Source: a virus. Taken from it: a DNA stretch of 64,000 bases. The first letter of the stretch is position 1. Each line of letters begins with the position of its first letter. Below, piece by piece: positions 57,329-64,000 of the stretch. The stretch spans positions 10,353 to 74,352 of the IMG/VR virus record IMGVR_UViG_3300024263_000001. One strand, given 5' to 3'. Below the pieces are notes generated by a model that saw only the letters and a program-made list of their open reading frames with translations, did not search any database and was not told where the DNA came from. The position numbers were made by a program, and so were the translations under genes.

Positions 57329-58395
57329 AACTAGCAATTGTCGGCTGGCGTCCTTGGTCGGTTGTGCGGAGGTATAAGAGCTTAATTGTTAATGCTAAAA
57401 AGTTGGGCCACCAGGTTGTTGGCATTGCTCTTGAGCATTATGGTGATCGTCCAAAGACAGCATCTCTATTTCGGGATTTGGGGGTGCCAGTAGGTTCGTT
57501 GAATCAATTCCGCCCCGATGCTGTCTTTGGGGAATGTTTCTGGAACGCAGAAGAAAATGCTGCCCGTGTGTGGGCGCGGGGAGCACGCAAGAAGTATTTT
57601 GTGTTGGACCATGGTAAATGGAATGCGCCTGTTGATCTTTATAATCATGGTAATATGAAACCACCAAATGTAATGTTAACAGTAAATGAAAAGAATGCTG
57701 ATTATCTATGTAAGGAATTTAGAATTCAGGCGATTCCTGTGGGTGTTCCTAATTTTGATGTGGAATATGAGGTTGATATAGATAAAGTTAGAATAGATTT
57801 GGGAGTTACGAACCAACCAATGGTCGCTCTCTTCTTGGAAGTGGTTTATCAGGGAATCCGCTTAGAATATGAACGGGAAAGGTTATTTTCTTTTCTCGCT
57901 CTAGCCCAGAGGAAGAATTGGAAAGTTTTCATGCACATTGATCCCGATGAACAAGGAAGAAAAACCAGGTTCCTAGATCGGGGACATCCCCGCCGTGCTT
58001 TTCTCAGGGAACTCCAGGGTAGGGGAGGTATCTTTGTTTCATGTTTTCCTGGGGATTATAATGATGTTATATTCAAACCCTGCGGACCTATGGCTTTGAT
58101 GCGTTCTGCTGATCTTGTGTGTGGTACTTATCATAAGATGTTTGAGGCTTATGTTGCCACCAAGAAATATTTTTGGATGAGAGAAGGAGAAGAAGGTGAA
58201 GGACATATATCTCTGAATAGACATCCCAATCTTGTTAAGGTTGACCCAGATTATGGAAATATCGTAAAAGCGATTGAAGAGAATACGGCATCTTTTGAGC
58301 AACATCCAGCTTATGTGAAACGGTGGTTCTATAAATTGGACGGAAAGTGCTGGATGCGGATATTGGCTGTTGCAGAAGCATCGAGGAGAAGATAA
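57325..58395 (+). CDS. GT-B-like polysaccharide biosynthesis protein (TagB/capsule-type)
   Basis: DHG, VGVPNFD, ADLV, DGKC..RI pattern. Confidence 0.55.
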   Translation: MKLAIVGWRPWSVVRRYKSLIVNAKKLGHQVVGIALEHYGDRPKTASLFRDLGVPVGSLNQFRPDAVFGECFWNAEENAARVWARGARKKYFVLDHGKWNAPVDLYNHGNMKPPNVMLTVNEKNADYLCKEFRIQAIPVGVPNFDVEYEVDIDKVRIDLGVTNQPMVALFLEVVYQGIRLEYERERLFSFLALAQRKNWKVFMHIDPDEQGRKTRFLDRGHPRRAFLRELQGRGGIFVSCFPGDYNDVIFKPCGPMALMRSADLVCGTYHKMFEAYVATKKYFWMREGEEGEGHISLNRHPNLVKVDPDYGNIVKAIEENTASFEQHPAYVKRWFYKLDGKCWMRILAVAEASRRR

Positions 58396-59141
58396 TGGAA
58401 TTCGTACATGAAGCATTGAGAAACAAACACAAAGACCAGCCAGTTTGGGTTGTAGGTGCTGATCCCACAATAGTAAAGTTTCCCAAGGATTTCCTGAAGG
58501 ATAAATTATCTATAGTTGTAGGAAGTGCTTATGTTGCTTTTCCGAATGGAACTTATAATTACAATAACGAATATAGAACCGTTGAGGAATTTTGGCCAGG
58601 GAGGTTTCCTGATTATTTGACCAAATCACACATTTGGGCTTTCCCGTTTTATGGTATGGGTGAGGGAGGATCCAGAAAGTTTATTGAAGAACATAAACCC
58701 CCGAAACTTTGGTCTTTACATTATAGACCTTACCCACCAAAGGGTCGTCGCCCCGATATACTTACGGATGTGGGATACAATGCTATGGTTGGGTTAGTTC
58801 ATAAGGCAAATGAGGGACACCCAGGCCCCTACGGTGGGTTTGGCACGAGTCTCCATTGCGCGCTCTATTCTGCTATTATTATGGGTTGTAACCCGATTAA
58901 CATAATTGCTTGTAGCCATCGGATAATAGGTGGATATTATCATGCCCCAGAACTGGGTGGGGTTCCCGCCACTCCTCAGCAGATTGTCGCTGCCACCAAA
59001 AGCATGCGCAGTTTTAACGAACGGGGAACGCAGGCGATCATGGAAGGATGCCGAAAGGAGGGTATAACAGTTCTTAGGTTTATTGGTTATGAGGGGGTTC
59101 AAGCAGCCATTAAAATTGCAGAAGCAATGGGGAGGAAATGA
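58395..59141 (+). CDS. Maf/DUF115-like (sialyltransferase-fold) protein
   Basis: LRNKHKDQPVWVVGADPT, TSLH.A...A..MGCNPINIIAC. Confidence 0.7.
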   Translation: MEFVHEALRNKHKDQPVWVVGADPTIVKFPKDFLKDKLSIVVGSAYVAFPNGTYNYNNEYRTVEEFWPGRFPDYLTKSHIWAFPFYGMGEGGSRKFIEEHKPPKLWSLHYRPYPPKGRRPDILTDVGYNAMVGLVHKANEGHPGPYGGFGTSLHCALYSAIIMGCNPINIIACSHRIIGGYYHAPELGGVPATPQQIVAATKSMRSFNERGTQAIMEGCRKEGITVLRFIGYEGVQAAIKIAEAMGRK

Positions 59142-59836
59142 CAACAATTGCGGCGATTCTTTTACATTATTGGAAACAAAGAACGGGTAATGTCGAGAGG
59201 GTGATTGAAGATTTAAAACGAGGCACTCGCCCCCCCGATAAGATTATTGTCTTTAATAATAACAAGGACGTGGTATTCCCTTCCCTCCCCGAAGTGATTG
59301 TAATAAACTCCAATCATAATTATCATTGCCTGATGAGACATGCTATGGGGCTGATGGCGGGGACCGACCTTTGCTTATTTGTGGACGATGATATAACGTT
59401 GCAGGTGAACGGTTTGGCGTATCTGCTTCAACAGCACAACTCTCATCCTAAAGCAATTATAGGATTTGAAGGGAGAATACTAGGGAGAGATAAAAAGAAC
59501 CCTTACACCTCTGGTTCCAGAGTTCATCATGTATCTAGGCCCACACCAGTAGATATAGTTTTGGGAAGAGTTCATCTTTGTCATGTTAACAAACTTCTGA
59601 ATTCCTTTGTGATGAGAGCCAAGATAGGCAATTTCTCCGATGATAGTGTGGGGTCTTATTCAACGGATGATATTCTCTTGTCCCTCTCAAACAGGATTTT
59701 GAATAGAGCCCAGAATTATGTGGTTCCTTCCAAAGCAATAGAACTTTCAGAGAGAGGGGTTGGTTATCATGGTACAGATAAGCAACACTACCCCAGGAGG
59801 AATGCCGCTTGTAGGAAGTTATTAGGTTATGGCTGA
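59138..59836 (+). CDS. GT-A glycosyltransferase (GT2/GT64-like)
   Basis: IIVFNN, FVDDD, TDDILL. Confidence 0.75.
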   Translation: MTTIAAILLHYWKQRTGNVERVIEDLKRGTRPPDKIIVFNNNKDVVFPSLPEVIVINSNHNYHCLMRHAMGLMAGTDLCLFVDDDITLQVNGLAYLLQQHNSHPKAIIGFEGRILGRDKKNPYTSGSRVHHVSRPTPVDIVLGRVHLCHVNKLLNSFVMRAKIGNFSDDSVGSYSTDDILLSLSNRILNRAQNYVVPSKAIELSERGVGYHGTDKQHYPRRNAACRKLLGYG

Positions 59837-60368
59837 ATTTTTGACTTTTGTGACACGAACATGCAAGCGCCCTCACATGTTGTTGAAAAATATGGAATCT
59901 GTTCGCACACAAACGGATGATGATTGGAAACAGATTATTTTAGTGGATGATAAGAAGAGGGGGAAGTTTTATGCTAACAAGATGCTCGCTGCTCACAAAG
60001 GAAGAATTAAGGGACAGTATGTTTATATTTTAGATGATGATCATCGGTTGATTATTCCTGACTTTGTGACAGGGATTCGGAACATTGTTAAAAAGAAGAA
60101 TCCAGATATCATTATGGTGAAGTGTAAAATTCGTTATCATGGAATTTTGCCCCGCCGATGGAGACAGAAACCAAAAAGTGCCTATATAGATACAGGATGT
60201 TTTGTGGTTAGGGGAACATTGTGGAGGAAGCATATTGGAACATTTGGTGTGCCTGTGTGCGGGGATTATCATTTTATTACTAGGGTTTGGAAACAGAAAG
60301 GAGTAAGGATAGAATGGTGGGATAAGGTTGTCGCCGAGGATTTGAGGGAAACAATGCAATGGGGATGA
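59829..60368 (+). CDS. GT2-like glycosyltransferase
   Basis: RP..L...ESV..QT, ILDDD, GDYHFI. Confidence 0.8.
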   Translation: MAEFLTFVTRTCKRPHMLLKNMESVRTQTDDDWKQIILVDDKKRGKFYANKMLAAHKGRIKGQYVYILDDDHRLIIPDFVTGIRNIVKKKNPDIIMVKCKIRYHGILPRRWRQKPKSAYIDTGCFVVRGTLWRKHIGTFGVPVCGDYHFITRVWKQKGVRIEWWDKVVAEDLRETMQWG

Positions 60369-60754
60369 AAATCTGGGTCATTCGTGGTGGCGAGATAATA
60401 GATTATGAGCGTGTTGGTAAATGCTTGGGCTGTGGAGAGTGCTGTGGGCGATTTGCCTATCATTGTCAGATGGCCGAGTCCCCCAAAGAGGCCAAAAACG
60501 GAAAGTACGCAGATCTAACAAAGCGCGAGGGTTGGGCTGTAGAAGATTGGGATGATGAGAACGAGTGGCGATGGTGGGGACCGTTCGATATTACCGAGCG
60601 GAAGAAACCGTGTCAATCGTTCAATTCCAAAACCAGGCGATGCAAGGTATTTGGGGAGAAGAAATGGCCAGAAGTTTGCCGTAAGTTCCCTTTGAGGTCA
60701 GAGGACTTAGAAGGATTATCTAACTGTGGTTTTTCCTTTAGGGAGACACAGTGA
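60365..60754 (+). CDS. YkgJ/CxxCxxCC (FliB-like) Fe-S/Zn-binding protein
   Basis: CLGCGECC...C......CKVF...PEVCRKFP. Confidence 0.8.
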   Translation: MKIWVIRGGEIIDYERVGKCLGCGECCGRFAYHCQMAESPKEAKNGKYADLTKREGWAVEDWDDENEWRWWGPFDITERKKPCQSFNSKTRRCKVFGEKKWPEVCRKFPLRSEDLEGLSNCGFSFRETQ

Positions 60755-61245
60755 AATATAAAACGATACTGGCTGATCCTCCTTGGAAGTATGGCAAGGG
60801 TTGGGGGTGGGGGGCGGGCGAGTATTATCCGCTGATGACCGTTGAAGAAATATGTGCGCTCTCTATTCCCTCCGAGGACAACGCCCATCTATATTTGTGG
60901 TCGCCCAATGGGATGTTACCCGATGCTTTACGAGTGATGAAGGCCTGGGGGTTTACCTACAAGACTTGTATCACTTGGGTAAAGCATAGATCTATCTTTG
61001 GTTATTATTTTAAAGGGCAAACGGAGCAACTGCTTTTTGGTGTGAAAGGACGATTGCCCCCTGCCGATAGACGGCAAGTTACAGTTCTGTTTGCCGATAT
61101 TAGAAAGCACAGCCAAAAACCTAATGAGATTTATGAAGTAATAGAGAAGGTTTCTCCCCCACCATATTTGGAATTGTTTGCCCGCCAAAGGCATAATGGC
61201 TGGGATGTATGGGGCAATGAAGTAAGGAGCGATATAGAGATATGA
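60751..61245 (+). CDS. MT-A70-family adenine methyltransferase
   Basis: ILADPPW, LYLW, AWGF.YKT..TWVK, HSQKP, ELFAR, WGNE. Confidence 0.92.
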   Translation: MKYKTILADPPWKYGKGWGWGAGEYYPLMTVEEICALSIPSEDNAHLYLWSPNGMLPDALRVMKAWGFTYKTCITWVKHRSIFGYYFKGQTEQLLFGVKGRLPPADRRQVTVLFADIRKHSQKPNEIYEVIEKVSPPPYLELFARQRHNGWDVWGNEVRSDIEI

Positions 61246-62033
61246 AATTCGTTTCTCTATGTATTCTCAGTTACAAAAGATTGGCTTTTCTGAAAAGTAC
61301 GATCAATTCTATCAAGGAAACCACAAAATTTTCTTATGAGTTGCTAGTACATGATGATGGCTCGGATGAGAATTGGTTCTATATCCAAGACTTAATGTGG
61401 GCTAGGGAAATCAGCACCGCTATATACAACACAGGAAGTAATATGGGAGTGGGCGAAGCCATCCATCGGCTCTTTTCTTGTGCGAAGGGGGAATATCTGG
61501 TCAAGTTGGATGCGGACCTTCAATTCCGATCCAATTGGTTGACTTTAGGCGTGGCTCTACTAGATAAATACCCTGATATTGGAGCCCTTGGGTGGTTCGC
61601 CTACCCCGCTCCCAGCGAACATAAAATCACCCGCAATCGTGAGGATCCCAGCAAGGATAATACTCTCATTGAAATAAGAGAGGATTGTGAAATCGTTCAT
61701 GATTTCGTTTCCTCAGCAATGATTATCCGAAGAGAACATTGGGAGAAATATGGGATTGAACGGGGCTCAGAAGCATTTGCTGAGGATATTGGGCTCAAGG
61801 AGAAAATGAAAGCCGACGGCCTGCTGATGGCTATTACCAAAAAGGATTACATTGAGAATGTTGGATTTGGTCTTGAAAAAAGTGTAGTTGTAACTCCTGA
61901 TGAAGCAGGCCAACCCCAAGTGGCGAAGATTTGTAAATACCCTTTGCTTTTTAAGGACGGTAAAGCAATACCTATGATTGATATAAAGGAGGAGGAGAGG
62001 GATGAAATTAAGGAAAGCCTTGGACAAGATTAA
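61242..62033 (+). CDS. GT2 glycosyltransferase
   Basis: VHDDGS, N.GVG, KLDAD, AED. Confidence 0.88.
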   Translation: MKFVSLCILSYKRLAFLKSTINSIKETTKFSYELLVHDDGSDENWFYIQDLMWAREISTAIYNTGSNMGVGEAIHRLFSCAKGEYLVKLDADLQFRSNWLTLGVALLDKYPDIGALGWFAYPAPSEHKITRNREDPSKDNTLIEIREDCEIVHDFVSSAMIIRREHWEKYGIERGSEAFAEDIGLKEKMKADGLLMAITKKDYIENVGFGLEKSVVVTPDEAGQPQVAKICKYPLLFKDGKAIPMIDIKEEERDEIKESLGQD

Positions 62034-62304
62034 AAGGAAAGCATCAGGTTATATATTAGCTTATGACCCCCGTGGGAAGACTGAATATGCGTGTAGAGCG
62101 TGGTTTGCCGAACATGGACCTTGGTTCCATGGTTATGGGACTAGTGAGGAGGAGGCCGCCGAGGATTGCTTAATGAAATTGAAAGCATGGTGGGATGTGA
62201 GAGATAAAGTTAACGTGGGGGACGGACTTTCTCGGCGTCGGGAGAAGGATGGGAAAGAAACGGAAGAAAAAACGGATACCGAAGAGGAAACGAGAATCAC
62301 CTAA
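62002..62304 (+). CDS. HicB-like small protein
   Basis: GYGTSEEEAAED...W resembles the HicB G.T.EEA motif. Confidence 0.4.
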   Translation: MKLRKALDKIKRKASGYILAYDPRGKTEYACRAWFAEHGPWFHGYGTSEEEAAEDCLMKLKAWWDVRDKVNVGDGLSRRREKDGKETEEKTDTEEETRIT

Positions 62305-63133
62305 AGATTTGGTTGCATCACCAAGACCATTGGTGGATATTGTAATTCCCGTCTATGGGCATCCAAATATGTTGCGGGGCACAATTGCTTCTCTCAGGTT
62401 ACATCCCAGTTCAATCTCGTGGAGATGTTTCGTTGTAGATGATGCCAGCCCCGAAGAGAATGAAACAGAATTAAACACCATCTATCGGAGTTTGAAGAAG
62501 GATCGCCGTTTCCGTGTGATAAAATCTAAAAAGAATCTTGGTTATGCGGGAGCCAATAATAAAGGGGCCGCTTCTGGTAGTTCTCAATTTATTCTTTTGT
62601 TGAATAGTGATACGAGAACAACTGGGGATTGGCTCGCCCTCCTGGTGAAAGAGATGCATGATTCAAAAGTGGGAGTGGTTGGGTGTAAATTATTATTTTT
62701 TCCTGAGAGATTCAATGACCCCAAACGCCCCGCTGGTAGGATTCAACATGCGGGGGTGGTTTTTAATGTAACACGGGCTCCCTATCACAGGATGATTGGC
62801 TGGCCCTCAGATGATATACGTGTTAATCGAAGAGAGGAAATGCAATCTGTTACTGGTGCTTGTTTTCTTACAAGACGAAATCTCTGGAGTAAGATTCGGG
62901 GTCTAAACGAGATTTACACAAAGGGCAACTTTGAAGACGTGGAATATTGTGTTCACCTGGAGCATTTGGGTTATAAAGTGATTTATACTCCAGAACCTCT
63001 TATTTATCACTTTGGTGGGGGATCTGAGAATTATCAAACTGCTCAGAGGAATCTCCAGATATTTTTGATGCGGTGCGGACAGGCGGTCCGATTTGATGAT
63101 TACTGCTTCGCTCGGAAGGATGAGGCCCAATGA
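62249..63133 (+). CDS. GT2 glycosyltransferase (WbbL/rhamnosyltransferase-like)
   Basis: DIVIPVY, VVDDAS, NLGYAGANNKGA, LLNSD, IQHAG, VTGAC, FEDVEYC. Confidence 0.92.
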   Translation: MGKKRKKKRIPKRKRESPKDLVASPRPLVDIVIPVYGHPNMLRGTIASLRLHPSSISWRCFVVDDASPEENETELNTIYRSLKKDRRFRVIKSKKNLGYAGANNKGAASGSSQFILLLNSDTRTTGDWLALLVKEMHDSKVGVVGCKLLFFPERFNDPKRPAGRIQHAGVVFNVTRAPYHRMIGWPSDDIRVNRREEMQSVTGACFLTRRNLWSKIRGLNEIYTKGNFEDVEYCVHLEHLGYKVIYTPEPLIYHFGGGSENYQTAQRNLQIFLMRCGQAVRFDDYCFARKDEAQ

Positions 63134-64000
63134 GATGGCTATATTGTATATTTCAGAATTTGTGGCAAGAGGTAGTGGTTATTTTAGGATCGCGGAGGGA
63201 CTTGCTCCCCGCTTAGATGAAAGGGAGCCTTTATATTTCTTGGGTCTAAATTATCGGGGCGCGTACCATCCCTATAACTTTACAGTTGTTCCTACTAGGG
63301 CAGATTGGATTCCCGCCCAGATGGAAGAGATGCTGGGGGATAAATCTTTAGACATTAACAAAGTTGTTGTTGCTTTGGATCTTCCAGTTCAGACTCAAAG
63401 AGTTCTTGCCTTTTTCCCCCCACAGAAACGAGAGGGATGGAGATACATAGGAATTTTCCCTCTTGATGGTGGTCCCCTTTCCCGCAGGTTTGCCCTCCCC
63501 ATTCGATTTATGAACATTAGTTTCGCTATTAGTAAATTTGCCCATCATTGCTGTCTTGATTTGGATTTGGATGTTCATTATTTGCCCATTGGAATAGAGG
63601 AAAAATCTTGGCGGCCCATCGAAAAGGAACATAAAGAAAAAGTTAGAAAAGAATTTAATGTTGCCGACAAATTTGTTGTTCTTTTTGTGGGTGACAACCA
63701 CGAACGAAAATATGCTGTAGGGGCAATGGAAATTTTTGCTGAATTCTCTAAGGATAAGGATGATACAGAGTTGTGGATGGTAACTCGTCTCGGTAGTGCC
63801 TATGGTTTTGATTTGGAATATTATGCCCAGATGTGGGGAATAGAGGACAGAGTGAAATTCTGGGAGCGCACTCTTTCCCCCAAATCTCTTTGGCTTATGT
63901 ATGCTGCATCTGATGTTTTGCTTAACACCTCTAAGGCTGAAGGTCTGGGCCTCCCGCTACTAGAAGCAATGTCAGTTGGGGGAGCGATCCCTGTAGGTAC
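63130..64000 (+). CDS. GT4 glycosyltransferase, runs off the window (absent from the ORF track)
   Basis: MRWLYCISEF...VGDNHERK...YAASDV.LNTSKAEGLGLPLLEAMSVG. Confidence 0.9.

Noticed and set aside
251-63701. Numerous antisense and alternate-frame ORFs in the track (e.g. 327-704, 1269-1757, 46370-46768, 51297-51785, 63348-63701)
   Set aside because: They shadow well-supported genes on the other strand or frame and lack RBSs or motifs; 63348-63701 is antisense to the GT4 gene.
50835-64000. Host chromosomal polysaccharide locus beyond a prophage end
   Set aside because: Not favoured: it shares the phage promoter box, is interspersed with small phage-like ORFs, and has no integrase, att site, wzx or wzy. 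It cannot be fully excluded without flanking sequence.

Overview
This window is about 64 kb of a tailed dsDNA bacteriophage genome, with both ends cutting through genes. No integrase, tRNA, rRNA or CRISPR array was seen. Layout: (1) 1-8.3 kb (+): tail and receptor-binding genes, holin-like genes, a metallophosphoesterase and an HNH nuclease. (2) 8.4-30 kb (-): endolysin, then a replication/recombination module (RuvC-like and Hjc-like resolvases, RecA, adenine MTase, divergent UDG, family-B DNA polymerase, SSB, Cas4-like nuclease, DnaG, DnaB) and many small early genes. (3) 30.1-33.6 kb: divergent promoters and a self-contained early-gene island. (4) 33.6-50.6 kb (+): terminase, portal-MuF fusion, ChaB-protease-scaffold, major capsid protein, structural proteins, GroES and two more HNH nucleases. 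(5) 50.6-64 kb (+): a large glycan operon with at least 6 glycosyltransferases, an SpsF-like cytidylyltransferase, a Maf/DUF115-like transferase and an embedded carbohydrate ABC importer (binding lipoprotein plus 2 permeases, no ATPase in the window). Sigma70-type promoters, GGAGG ribosome-binding sites and GroES indicate a bacterial host, and the lipoprotein N-terminus hints at Chloroflexota (inference). The most notable candidates are the sugar import-activate-transfer operon, a five-copy promoter class with a fixed upstream AACCTTAAAATT box, and several structured RNA leaders. All family assignments come from motif recognition by eye; no database search was run.
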